Part shown: positions 26,578 to 39,700 of the stretch, one piece after another
How the letters are laid out: each line of letters opens with the position of its first letter
Position numbering within the stretch: position 1 is the stretch's first letter
Source of the DNA: Octopus vulgaris
Taxonomy: Eukaryota
Direction: 5' to 3'
Assembly: GCA_951406725.2 (NCBI GenBank)
Contig: OX597821.1
Location: forward strand, 71,734,001 to 71,798,000
DNA length: 64,000 bases
Made by a program: the position numbers and the translations under genes
Notes under the pieces: generated by a model
Databases searched by the model: none
What the model saw: only the letters and a program-made list of their open reading frames with translations
Told to the model about the DNA's origin: nothing

Positions 26578-27130
26578 GCCCTGATGCAGTACCAGGCAGT
26601 GGCTCTCATGGCTTCTGATCTTAACTGATTGGAAGTGTTATCATGTACATTGTTTTGTCTTGGTATAAAGATGGGCTACAGCAAATATTCTGCTCAATAC
26701 CACAGATTTGCTTGTCAGTTGTTTGACCTTAACCAGTTGAGCATGTCCCTTAGTGGCTGACGATATGTGCATCTCTGATCACGAGCAGAAGTAGTGGGGG
26801 AGCATCATAGCCATGTGTTGAGAGGGATTCTTTGGGGTTTGAATAGTTCACCTCTGGAAACATGGGTGGTTCTTTCAACATCCTTAAACAACCCTTATTC
26901 AGGGACCGTTTGAGCGGGATGGGCTACTCAACCTGAAGAAAATTCTAACTGGGCCCCACCTGCAAGGTCATGTGCTGTTTATCTTGATATGAGATCACCA
27001 TGTCGCGCACATATGGTTGTGATGCATGTGCCTGGTGTACCTTTATCAGACGGGTAGTCATGATGGGTATATTGGGCTTCGTATATTTTACCCCAGTGTC
27101 ACTTTGATGGCATGCTCTGCTCGCTCACTC
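26575..27130. mobile_element. unclassified ~555-bp element inserted in (AAT)n
   Basis: Higher-GC, ORF-less block with (AAT)n immediately on both sides. Confidence 0.55.
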
Positions 27131-27617
27131 AATAATAATAATAATAAGAGTAACAAGTATGTGTGCGTGTGCGTGTAGTTTCTGTTTCGTTCGCTGAGAT
27201 CGTCAGCTTCCTTTGTAATTGTTCGGGAGTCAGTCTGTCCACATTTTCAGCCCCTAGTGGCACTGATTCCTCTTCTTTTGTCCATTTCTATGAATTTGCC
27301 ATTCAGTTTTCTTTGTTTTTGGATTCATGTTTTTGTATTCTGCGAATTTGAAAACTTAAATGAATTAAAATTTATTCAAAATAGTATGTAACCAAAACGG
27401 TGGAGGGTGATTCTAACCTTTGCAAAATGACACCAATTCCGCTTCTATTTCGGTCTAGAAAAATCTGTTTTTTTGCCTCGACAGAATTCCTCGTTAAACA
27501 ATTGATTCTTTCTTAATTGTAATTAAAATTCTTCGCTTCTCTTCATTGTGTACATTAACCTTAATATTATATCTGGTTTCTGTGTTCCTCGATTGTTTCC
27601 TCCGCTTCTTACATAAT

Positions 27618-27723
<106 letters not shown>

Positions 27724-29037
27724 GATCATGTTTTTCGTTGTATCATTTGCTCCATATATATACGTGCGTAGAAATCTAGGATGTGAAAGAGAGATTGTGT
27801 GGATGTGTTTATAGTCAGAAATGTGCGAAAGATCGATGAGAGTTCGGATATTTTCCTGTAATTATACTTTGATCTAATTATCGACTAATATATGAGCGAA
27901 TATATCAATATAAAAGAGGTTGTTTTTCTTTATAATGACATCCGAAGTAGATAATGCTATAAGTAATAGCGTATAAATATTTGATTTAAAAAAAACCCTT
28001 TGGATAAAAAAAAAGTCGAAGGTTGAAAAGTATGTTTTGTAGACATGTATATTTGTGCGTGAATTCATAAAGGGGAATTAACTTGTTATAACATGTTTAC
28101 AAGTAAACTGTTTAAGTTAAAACTGTGTGTTGATGGAGGTCTCTAACAGCAGCGCAATATTTTATGGTTTCCGGTAACAATTCAACCAATTCATCAAGTC
28201 CGTTAGAGTCGTTTTGGGTCCTTTTATGTTTTGTCAGCGGACGACGACAAACGATGGCTTGTATCTGGCGTCCGAAGTGAACAACTACAAAACCGATCTT
28301 ATCACTTGGCCTTCCTTCACTTGTTTTGTTGTGAGTTATCTGACAGCGGATTCATCGCATCCTTTGATCATCGGTTTAATGTAAACGTTAGAAGCTGTCA
28401 AGCAGCGAGTAATTAACATGTAAACGAAATCTTACACGACAAACAACTGTAACGTGCGTAACACCAAACCATCCAACTCAACAGTTTTATTTTATTTTTA
28501 TCTCAATAGGAAAGCTTTTGAATCTATATTTCCCCCTTTTTTTATACGGACTCTGCAAATACATCTTCTCAGATATCAGCATTACCCTTTTCCTAAAAAA
28601 CCGTGAAATAATCCACTTAAAGGAACGCAATAATACAGCTCCCAAGTGTTTCCGTTTTGTGTAGATGGTGTCAAAACTTTCCTTTTGAAGTCCGATGAAA
28701 CCCTAAACATATACTCCGCACATTTTTCTCTCACTTTTTATAATTTCTCATTTAACGTAGAGTCATTTGTTAACGTTTCTCATCATAGCCAATGCTATTA
28801 GAGTTAAGATGCTCGCTTGGCAAGCATTCACATTCAGGTTCAGTCCTACTGTGCGGCACCTTGCGCAAATATGCGCGTCTCTGTGAGTCTGTGCGTGTGT
28901 GTGTGTGTGTGAGTGTGTGTGTATATGTGTGTGTGTATATGTGTGTGTGCGTGCGTTTGGGTGTGTGAGACAGAGAGAAAGATCAGTAAACGTTTTCTCT
29001 GGGTCTACTACCTCATATCCCCAGCTTTTTCTCTCCT

Positions 29038-29075
<38 letters not shown>

Positions 29076-29077
29076 TG

Positions 29078-29336
29078 CAGGGTGGGGAAGCAAAACTTGG
29101 AAGATAATGGTTAATTCACCAAATTGTTTATTTTATAACAACCAGCAACCTGACATACATATAATTTTAACACAAGTTTATAGAGTTTAAAGAGTACAGC
29201 TTTTTCAATATGTCCGCCTTCATTGTCCACGTGAAGGCGTCACAACTCTTCATGATGAAATACTCAGACATGCTGTCCCACTCTTTCCTCAAGACTTGCT
29301 TAAGAGGATCAACACTTTGATGCGAAGTTCTGTTAT
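29078..29336 (-). mobile_element. Tc1/maT-like transposon 3' end
   Basis: TIR-like cagggtggggaagcaaaacttg; minus strand SHQSVDPLKQVLRKEWDSMS...KSCDAF / VDNEGGHIEK. Confidence 0.7.
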
Positions 29337-31010
29337 ATATATATATGAATAAATTGTCTTACTAAAACAATGTTTCATTGGATACCTCATTAAAATTAAT
29401 GTGACGGTGGCTGCGTATTGTGTGTAAAATATGTGTACGGGTCTTCGAAGTTTATAAAATATAGTATAGGACAGTGGTTCTTCAGCTTCTTAGAGGTGCT
29501 GTAAACTCATAAGACGGAGTGAAATGATATGGTAACACCATAAGGGTGTGCTACTGGGTGCTTATGGCTCCAAAGATATACCTTAAAAATCGTTTAAACC
29601 ACGTACACGCATTTTATTTTCAATTTCAAGGCCATGTTTGTAGAGATTAAATATGAACAACCTTTCAAAATCATTTCTACAGAGTTTCTATTAACATTAG
29701 AGCCACCACTGAAAGTTACGACGTCTAGTATGCGATAACGTCTGTATAAACAAGGTCTTAAAAATAGCTTTGTAGTACATCATAACGAAATACGGTGTCC
29801 CTGCTAGCAATTAAATAATATGAATAAATATTGTGTCATCAGTCTGCAGAAACATTACTATTTGTACATATTTAGGATGATCTCATTAGATACGTCCGCG
29901 CCTCTTTTAATAATTTCCATAACAATTTAACCAAGTCCACAAAAAAAATCTTTAAAAATTAACATTTTGGATGAAATAGTATGAGAAAATATGGATAAAA
30001 ATCGCTTTGACAAATTATCTTCTGTTTGGTTAAAATATTCGGTTGTTTGTTTTATATTATTTTTTTACTAAATAAAAACGTGTTAAGGCCGAAATAATGC
30101 AAAATGAATTACAAAACTGAAGATCGAGCAACAGTTGATATCAGTATCTAAGCAACGAAAATAACTTCATTTCATATTCCATTTCACCTCGTATATTGAT
30201 GAAGAGGCCCTGATCCCGATGTATCGAAGAAATACAAAGCAAAACTTCAACCGTTGTTTAGTTTTCAATTCTGTACTTCATTTTGCTATGTTTCGACTTT
30301 AACAAGTTTTTCGCTAATTTAATATCCCATAATGCTTCGCGCACACTAAATTATTATATTTTCAAATGAGAACGCTTATAGAACTCCATGAATGAAAGGT
30401 GAGAGAAATGAGCTACGGAAAGCTGAGAGACATTGTTATTAAGGTTTCATGACAAAAGTAATTTGGGAAGAACTAAAAAAGATGATAGAAGCAATGAAAA
30501 CTAATTCGCCTATCCAGACTTATTTCATCATATTTAGAGTTCTAATCACTGTAAACAAAAATGAAACTTCAGTCAAATGGATCCATGGAAAAAAAAAAAG
30601 TTTTAAGAAGTTATTTTGACTAACGTTAATTAAATGTGAGCCATATTGCAATGCTTTTCATTCCTCCAGGTTTATTAAAACAATATTGACCTAATTACTT
30701 AGGAAAACACATTTTCAGATTGCATTCAATGAAAAAACCTCATTTAAAAAGCATGCGACATATCTTCATAAATCTGTGTGCGTGTATGTGTGCGTGTGTG
30801 TGTGCGTGTGTGTGTGTGAGTGAGTGCGTGTGTGCATGTGAGTGCGTGTTTATGTATGCTCACACACATTCACACACTCATACAAACATCAGTACCTACA
30901 TACATACATATTATAGATGTATGTATTATATGTATATATATACTATGTATATATCTATATCTATATATATAATTATGTATGTATGGATATATATATGTGT
31001 GTGCATGTAT

Positions 31011-31058
<48 letters not shown>

Positions 31059-31235
31059 TATATTTATATATTAAATGAGGGAAGTAATAAATGTAGTAGA
31101 GTTTATTCTTTCTTTAGAATATGTCTGTGCTTGTGTGTGTATGTGTATCTATCTGTATATGTGCGTGTATGTATGCGAATGTATATGTGTCAGCTATATA
31201 TATATAAATGTGTGCGCGTGTGTGTCTGTGTGTGC

Positions 31236-31274
<39 letters not shown>

Positions 31275-31954
31275 CTTGTGTGTGTGTGTGTGTGTGTGAA
31301 TAGATGTATTGAGACAGTAGGGTGGAGATTTATAGATGTGTTTTTCCCGAAACTTTTGATGAATTTGTGAACGAGAGTAGATAAACACGAACATGTAATT
31401 CGCTTCCTCCAAATGCTTGTGTGACATTATGTCGTTAGCTTGTTTAATTATGTCCTTTGTTTGTGTTGGAGACCTTCAGTGGCCGTCTGTGAGTCGTGAT
31501 AATGACCTCTGCTCGGCGTGTCAGCGAAAGGCCAGCTCTTAATTAACGATCGTCCAAACACCGGTATCCATAACACCCACGCACAAACGGGAAGAAATCT
31601 ATATGTAAACAAATAAATATAATACTGACAATAATAATTAAGTAAAGACAACAAACCTAAGCCTAATGTATACAAATTAGATGGAAAATATAAACATAGA
31701 TGGGTTGTATGTGGCAGAGGAGATGGGTTAGTAAGCCTAGAAATAGTCTTGGTATGCATTTTGTCTTTGTTTTACGGTCGAAATTTCATTTAAAAGACTA
31801 ATAATTTAAGCAAACGGAGACCTTACAGACTTTTACTTGCTATAATTTCGTTTTCGAAAAGAAAACAGTTGTGTTGTTGAGAAAAATAAAAGAAAAGAAA
31901 TGTTACGGGAAGGAAAAATGAATGCGTCTCTTGAAAGTCATTTCAGGCTAAGCA

Positions 31955-32072
31955 AACTGTGTGTGGTAACAAGCTTCTTTCCCAACCATATGGTTTGTGT
32001 TCAGTCTCACTCCGTGGCACCTTGGGGAAGTGTCTTCTACTATAACCTCGGGCCGACCAAGGCCTTATGAGA
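31955..32072 (+). mobile_element. SINE family A, 5' half
   Basis: ctgtgtgtggtaacaagctt...ggcaccttggggaagtgtcttctactataacctcgggccgacc, ending at a microsatellite. Confidence 0.8.
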
Positions 32073-32100
32073 GGATACATACATATATACATATATATAC

Positions 32101-32162
<62 letters not shown>

Positions 32163-32449
32163 TTCATTTATATATATATATATATAAATGAATGTGTGTT
32201 TTTTCAATGTTTACATATAACACGGAAAAAAATAAATAGATAAATAGTTACCATAGTAGCAAACATTCACACAAGTACCAAGGATATAACACCTTACTTA
32301 TAGAGGTTTAGGTGAAATGTTTTTGTATGATATAGATAAATAAATAGAGTTAAACACAGGTGTTATTCAAATCTTTTTACTTCCGACATATGTTTCGAAG
32401 AAAGCAATGGTATTATTCCAGAAGGAATAAAATGGTGTAAAACAATGCA

Positions 32450-33260
32450 ATCTTCTCATCAGGGAAAGAAAGAAACCAAACACATCAATAAGACATTTTA
32501 ACAGAATGTGATGACTGCGTATATGATGAAGGGAACACGAGCAAGTTTTTTTCAAATAACCGTTAGTAGATATAACTTCAAAGGTAGTTTATAGAAAGAG
32601 GAGGAGAAAGAAAGAAATTAGAAGAAAACTAATAGTGGAGAGATATAGAGCGATAGGTGAATCAGAATAAAGCTTAAAGGCATGGAAGTAGATATATTTA
32701 GTGAAAGTGAAATGTAAGAAGGCAGTCAAATGTAGAAATCACTTATAGGAACTAAAGATATGTTTTTGCCAATATTTGCAACGATAAATGCGTTCTATAA
32801 ACGTGTTTGCTAGGGGATTAGACAAATTACGGAAGCTACACACATAATAGAAGATAAACCTAGCCTGAATAGGAAACTAAAATGGAACACTAGCACACAC
32901 ACACCACAACCTATGACAGAATAAGTTCCCCATAAAGTGATAATAATATGAATATAATACACAACACAGATAAATAAATGGAATTAAATATCTATATACA
33001 TTAACAAATTAAATTAAATACAAAAATAGAAAGAAAAAGTAAGTAGATATAAACAAATGAATAAAATAAATAAAAGTAAATTAAATGAATGAGTGTAAAC
33101 GGGGATACTGATAATGGAGGCACATTCCCACACACAGGGATATACGCATGCGCAAATAAAGACATATACAAAATGGCAGGTCATTAGTAAGGAGATACAC
33201 AAAAAAGAAGGAAGCAAAGGACCACTGATGAGGTCACAAAAATGTGGTGAAAGAACTCTA
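32450..33260 (+). pseudogene. Penelope-like element relic: GIY-YIG endonuclease plus downstream hammerhead-like core
   Basis: KVVY, AIGESE*SLKA (32650), RQITEATHIIEDKPSLNRKLKW (32820-32885); CTGATGA-GGTCAC-aaaaat-GTGGT-GAAA at about 33224-33251. Confidence 0.6.
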
Positions 33261-33404
33261 GCCGAAATAAAACTGAAGCAAGTGAACACCAAATATATAG
33301 TGCGTGTGTTTTCATTGGCTAAACTGGAAACATGATCATCCCCAAATACAACGATATCTGTTTCAATGCATCGAGAATCTTGCAAACGAATATATATATA
33401 TATG

Positions 33405-33443
<39 letters not shown>

Positions 33444-33558
33444 TTAATAAGGGTGAGAGAATTAGATACTAATTTAATAGTATATCCATTCAACACCAAG
33501 TGGCCTAGTGCTCGACCTGGATTATTATAATATTTTATAATATATTATAATATTTTTA

Positions 33559-33727
33559 CAAAATAAATATAAAGTGGTCAAATGGCTCACCCTAGCACTA
33601 GTAATAAAGGTTTCAACCACAAAATATGTTTCCCATGAAAGTCAGTACGATTGTTCGTACTGACTTTCATATGTGTGAAACTTTGATAACTGTGTAGTGA
33701 GCCATATAGTGACCACTCTCTTATATG

Positions 33728-33733
<6 letters not shown>
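33559..33733. repeat. fold-back with a perfect 16-bp inner stem
   Basis: atgaaagtcagtacga-ttgt-tcgtactgactttcat (33635-33670); outer arms tggctcac/gtgagcca and agtggtca/tgaccact. Confidence 0.85.
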
Positions 33734-33805
<72 letters not shown>

Positions 33806-33829
33806 CGCCTCCACACACATATATATATA

Positions 33830-34134
33830 TGTGGAGGCGCAATGGACCAGTGGTTAGGGCAGCGGGCTCGTGGTCGTAGGATCGCGGTTTCTATTCCCAG
33901 ACCGAGCGTTGTGAGTGTTTATTGAGCAAAAGCACCTAAAGCTCCACGAGGCTCTGGCAGAGGGTGGGGGCGATCCCTGCTGTACTCTTTCGCCACAACT
34001 TTCTCTAACTCTTTCTTCTGTTGGCTTGCTCACTTAGCCAGCGGAGTGGCGTCATTTGATGGCTAAAACAATACGAAGCGCATTGTGACCAGCGATGTGT
34101 AGCGACATCTGATAGCCTGGTCGGTGACGGTGAC

Positions 34135-34140
<6 letters not shown>
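33830..34140 (+). mobile_element. tRNA-derived SINE (family C-related) in (AT)n
   Basis: A box tggaccagtgg, B box-like ggtttctattccc, body ending ggtgacggtgaccgtg. Confidence 0.75.
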
Positions 34141-34190
<50 letters not shown>

Positions 34191-34773
34191 CACAGCTTTA
34201 ATTTGAGATTGCTAGTGTTAATAATACTCGGAAATAAAATAATAAAATACAAGCTGGAGTTGTAGTGCTCCACGTGAGCTATATTCCACTTCTTAATTTC
34301 AACGGAAGCAATGCAAACGGAAACTACAAGAACATAATTAAGATCCACACTCGAAAATCAAATACATACATATATTAATATATTCTTCCATATTTACAAA
34401 CCGGATATATAAATTCCAAATATATAAATTTAAATATATATATAAATAGATAAAAATCGGGGTTGTACATAAAACAAAGTGAATTTACATTTGAAAGTTA
34501 TAAAACATTGGTGTATTAAAAAATTTAGGATGATAAAACATTAAAAGGACGTATAAAAATCCCCGAAAAATAATACAAAAAATTAAAGTTCCATCTACGG
34601 ACCGTTTCAGAGACGTTCCATCTACGGACTGTTTCAGAGACGTGCCGAGCAATATGATATACTTTTGCCCTTTCTTATAAATTGTTTATAAATTTAACCT
34701 TCAAAGGTATTTTTTTTAATATTCTGGCCATTGATAGAATATTTTTTGAAAAGATTTTATCCTAAATTAGATG

Positions 34774-34855
<82 letters not shown>

Positions 34856-34998
34856 GAACGATGAAATGAGTGCCTAACACCGCATTGGTGGATAGAAAAG
34901 TTGGAAACTATCCTAGTGTCTCAACAATTTTACAAGCCGATCACATGGAGGACAGTATTCGCCTCCATTTTGGATAACAGTATATATATATATATATA

Positions 34999-35136
<138 letters not shown>

Positions 35137-35167
35137 GCATATAAGAAAGCTCTGTATCTAATCAATA

Positions 35168-35372
35168 ATCTTTTTACTACTCTAGCTACAAGGCCAGAAA
35201 TTCTGGGAGAAGACGCCAGTCGATTAGATCGACCCCTGTATGCAACTGCAATTTATCGACCCTGAAAGGGTGAAAGGCAAAGTCGATCTCGGTGGAATTT
35301 GAACTCAGAACACAAAGACAGGCGAAATTCCACTAAGCATTTCGCCCGGCGTGCTAACGTTTCCGCCAGGTC
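35168..35372 (-). mobile_element. SINE family B monomer
   Basis: atcgaccctgaaagggtgaaaggcaaagtcgatctcggtggaatttgaactcagaac...cgtgctaacg. Confidence 0.85.
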
Positions 35373-35936
35373 ACTGGCTTGTGTCTATAGAATATTGACT
35401 ATCACTGATTACGTACATTTCTTGTTTGTAGTCTGACAGCGGTGGACAATGCAACGATAACATATTATTCATTAGAAAGAACAACGTGTTGTAAAAACAT
35501 TTATCAATAGAGAAAGGATTAAAGCGATACAGAGACGAATCCTCAAAGTACACGCACACACGCATGCGCACGCACGCAAGCATTGTCTCTGAAGCTGTAA
35601 CTATATTATGTGGGACCACACAGCATTCTCTACATAGACAACAAAAACTATAACAAGCATTGCTTTTCTCTCTACGTATACATGTAGGTAGGAATGATAA
35701 ATAACACATGTAGCATTAATTTTCTTTCGGTGTATTTATAATAAATAATATTCTCTGTCATCCATCATTAGGATGAAGGATGTATTCGAGTTATCTTTCG
35801 ACACGATCTGGCTTGTCTCAAATAAAACTAAAACAAGCTTCTGTTAATCATATTTATGCAAGTGCTCGTGTTTATAATAACGAAAATGTACATTCGTATG
35901 AATAGATATCGTTGTATAGAATGTGACGAGTGCTTA

Positions 35937-36022
<86 letters not shown>

Positions 36023-36401
36023 AGAGAGAGAGAGAAGAGGAGAGAGAGAAAGAGAGAGAGAATGGGAGAGAGAGAGAGAATGGGAGAGAGAGAGAGCGAG
36101 ATGGAGGGCAGGGAGAAGGCACACACTCACTCGCACACATACGCACACACAATATATACATATATACATACGTATATATACACACACAGAGATATATATG
36201 TATGCAAATATACATATATATATATATATAGACAAATATACACAAACGAATATAGGCGAATAAATAAATACATATACACAAAATGTATAAAAGACTCACA
36301 CACATACACACTTTTGTTTAAGTGTTGGCGCATCTGTGTGATGAACGTGTAATATATATTTTATTGAGTAGAAAACATGTGTAAATACTGCCATACTCAT
36401 T

Positions 36402-36448
<47 letters not shown>

Positions 36449-37297
36449 GACACATACACATACACACACACACACAAACATAGACACTCACACATACATA
36501 TGTACATGTATATTCCCTATAATTGGGTGGGGTGCTGTCATCTCGCTGTGGAGTATGGCCACCATTGCGCTTTCCTCCTCTTTCGAGGTGTAGCATTCCC
36601 TTGTCATAAACTCACGCCATCACGAGCACATACTTCAGTAAGGTAATACGAAGACACCACCTATGACGTCACTTCCGTAGATTCTGCATTCACGCCCGCG
36701 ATCAGATGACTACGGCTGTTTCCCTTTATACTACGGAAAACAACGGAAATGGCTGTAGCTCTTTGTCATACACCAATACGATACTCCATCTGTTTTCAGT
36801 TTCAAAGAAACTCGAGCCACCATTTAAAGCGAGAGAAAAATTCCCAATCAAATCGTACCAACATTTCAAATTATATAATGACAAACGGTTTGTGTGGGAC
36901 GTACGCCATTCTCCAAATATTAGGAGTTGATGAGGAAGAAGTAAATTAAAAATTGCAAGGTGGCCGAAGACTTCAAACACCGAACATGCAAACACACATG
37001 TATACACTTACATACATATGTACAAACATGCAAACACACACACGCGTATGTGTGTGTGTGCGTGTGTGTGTGTGTGTGTGTGTTGAGTGTGTGTGTGTGT
37101 GTTGTTTACGTCATAACAACTTAGAAACTTCGAGACATGAAATGAAGCGTCTTTAACGATGGAACTCGACTTTTTCATCCAAAAGTGTTATAACCCAAAA
37201 TCTACACTATTATTTATAGCTTTATTATGTGCGTGCATGTGTGTATGTGTGTGAGTATACATATGTACATGTACATAAACACACACATAAACACACA

Positions 37298-37342
<45 letters not shown>

Positions 37343-37859
37343 TCGCGCACGTACACGCACACACACACACACACAAACTATTGGATGGTCGTTGACTCTA
37401 CTGAGTTTATCCGCATTTTGATATGTTTTGATTTTCAGCTCTCAGGATATTAAAAAAAACAACTTCCTCTTCAAGTAGGTTCGGTAAGACTGGTCGTTTA
37501 GTTTGCCAACAACCCGACCATGCACCGAGTTACATGTTCGTAGCAGCGTCCATCACATTCACATAATCACAGACATACAATGACACATATAGATGTGTGT
37601 TTGTGTGCTATTTAACTAAATGACTCTTACTTCAAAATTTCAGTTTGTCAAACAATGAAATCACAAGAAATCTTAGAACTTTTATGTAATGTAGATTCGG
37701 TTGCATAAAAAGGGGAGGTTTATCAAAAGTAGGAGGACGTTTTGAAGTTTTAACCAGAATAATAATATACGCCACTAACTGTAAACTAGAACATTGATAA
37801 ATTCAAGAAAAAGCACATACATTGTTTGTTATTGATTTTGTCGACTAAACAGTATAGTA

Positions 37860-38641
37860 GGGTCAGTTGAGCTGCGTCTGTGAGAAAAACAGAATCATGA
37901 CGCAATTCATTCTGCCAGAAATTTGGAAACGACATGCTAAAATGCTTGGCATTCGCGCTGGAATCTCCAATACGAACATTTCAGAGAGTTTGTGTGTCAA
38001 TCTGAGGAGAGTGCAATCCGATAACATGTACCAAGAGTGATGAAAATCAAACACCCAGTCAATATCATGGTGTTTGGAATGATTACTAGTGATGGCGGCG
38101 TTATGCCTTCATTCATCTTCTCACACGGCCTCAGAGAGGTTACATCAAGTGCCTGGCGGAGATAGTGCTGCCCTGGGTGAAGAGGGTTGTTGGTGGAAGA
38201 GCCTATGTCTGGCAACAGGGCTCTGCACCATATCACACAAGCAGAGGAACCCAGTCATGGCTGTCAGACAATTTCTGCGACCACATCACCCCTAACATCT
38301 GACCACCTAACTCCCCAGAATGCAACCCCCTTGATTATTGCGTGGGACGCATTTGAGTGGGAGACTAACAAAACTCCTTGTAACATCAAAGATGAACTGA
38401 AACCAAGGATTATGGCAGCATTCACCAACTTAAACAAGGAGAGCGTACAGAAGAGTTGCAGGAGATTCCGAAGTCATCTGGAGGCCGTAATTAAAGCCAA
38501 CGGCGATTTCATTGAATAAATTTACTCTTTAATATTTCAAGATATTTTTTATGTAATTTCGTTAAATATATCTTGTTAAAATGAGATGTCAATGTTATTT
38601 TCCTTTTTGCGTAATTTAGACAATCTATTTACCACACACTG
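37860..38641 (+). mobile_element. maT-type (DD37D) transposon relic
   Basis: KHPVNIMVFGMITSDG, YVWQQ(G)SAPYHTS...PPNSPECNPLDY with 37-residue spacing, VIKANGDFIE*; right TIR ...ccacacactgTA; stops, frameshifts and an internal deletion. Confidence 0.85.
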
Positions 38642-38671
38642 TATTCCATTGATTCTAAGTAAAATAAATAT

Positions 38672-39070
38672 TCTTTTCTACTCTAGGCACAAGGCCTGAA
38701 ATTTTGGGGGAGGGGCCAGTCGATTAGATCGACCCCAGTAGGCAACTAGTACTTAATTTAACGACTCAAAAGGATAAAAGGCAAAGTCGGCGTTGACGGA
38801 ATTTGAACTCAGAACGTTAAGACATACGAAATACCTATTTCTTTACTACCCACAAGGGACTAAATGCAGAGGGAACAAACAAGGACAGACAAACGGATTA
38901 AGTCGATTATATCGACTCCAGTGCGTAACTGGTGCTTAATTTATCGACCCCGAAAGGATGAAAGGCAAAGTCGACCTCGGCGGAATTTTGAACTCAGAGT
39001 GTAAAGACATACGAAATACTGCAGAGCATTTCGCCCGGCGCGCTAACGATTCTGCCAGCTCGCCGCCTTA
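38672..39070 (-). mobile_element. SINE family B dimer
   Basis: Two tandem B-box/core units; TSD aagt(a/g)aaataaatat at 38657-38671 and 39071-39085. Confidence 0.9.
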
Positions 39071-39229
39071 AAGTGAAATAAATATAGTTGAATGCCAAAT
39101 AAAAAATTATAATTGCCATAAAAAATTAGTAATTATTCCATTGTCCACAATGGTATAACGGTTACTAAATTGATATATACTTCAAACTGAAGTTTTTGGC
39201 AGCTTAGTACGAAATTTGGGAAATGGAAT

Positions 39230-39700
39230 AATTCTACTTATGAAAAGAATGTTTGGAAATTTAGGAATGGTAATGAAATGAGAGGCAAATCGAGGAAAGA
39301 AGCTATTGGAATCAAAGAATTCAACAGAAAACGATGCGCCTTGGAAGTGGAGTGGGCGACACACTTAAAGCTCTTTACAGAGGATAATCGATCAGAAAGT
39401 TCATCAGAACAATGATCATGGAAATACTTATAGAAAAGGCACAACGAAGGTACATTTTGACGGGAAGTCAAAGACTCCAGCCTTTATTGAAAGAAGAGAA
39501 CCTACAATTATAACAATTCGATTCTGAATTCGATCAAGCAAGTTAAGACACTCAGAAGTGAGACCAGCCGAGAGATGGCAGCAAAATTCGGTTGAATGGT
39601 GGCTTTATAGAGATACATGATATTGCCAGGTGTAAGAAATTTAACGGTGAACAGATTCAGAAATTACTACAAAACAAGGTATTATTTTTAAGCTACTTAG
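39230..39700 (-). pseudogene. Jockey/CR1-group LINE ORF2 C-terminal relic
   Basis: LYKATIQP, LNLLDRIQNR, SRQNVPSLCLFYKYFHDHCSDEL. Confidence 0.7.
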
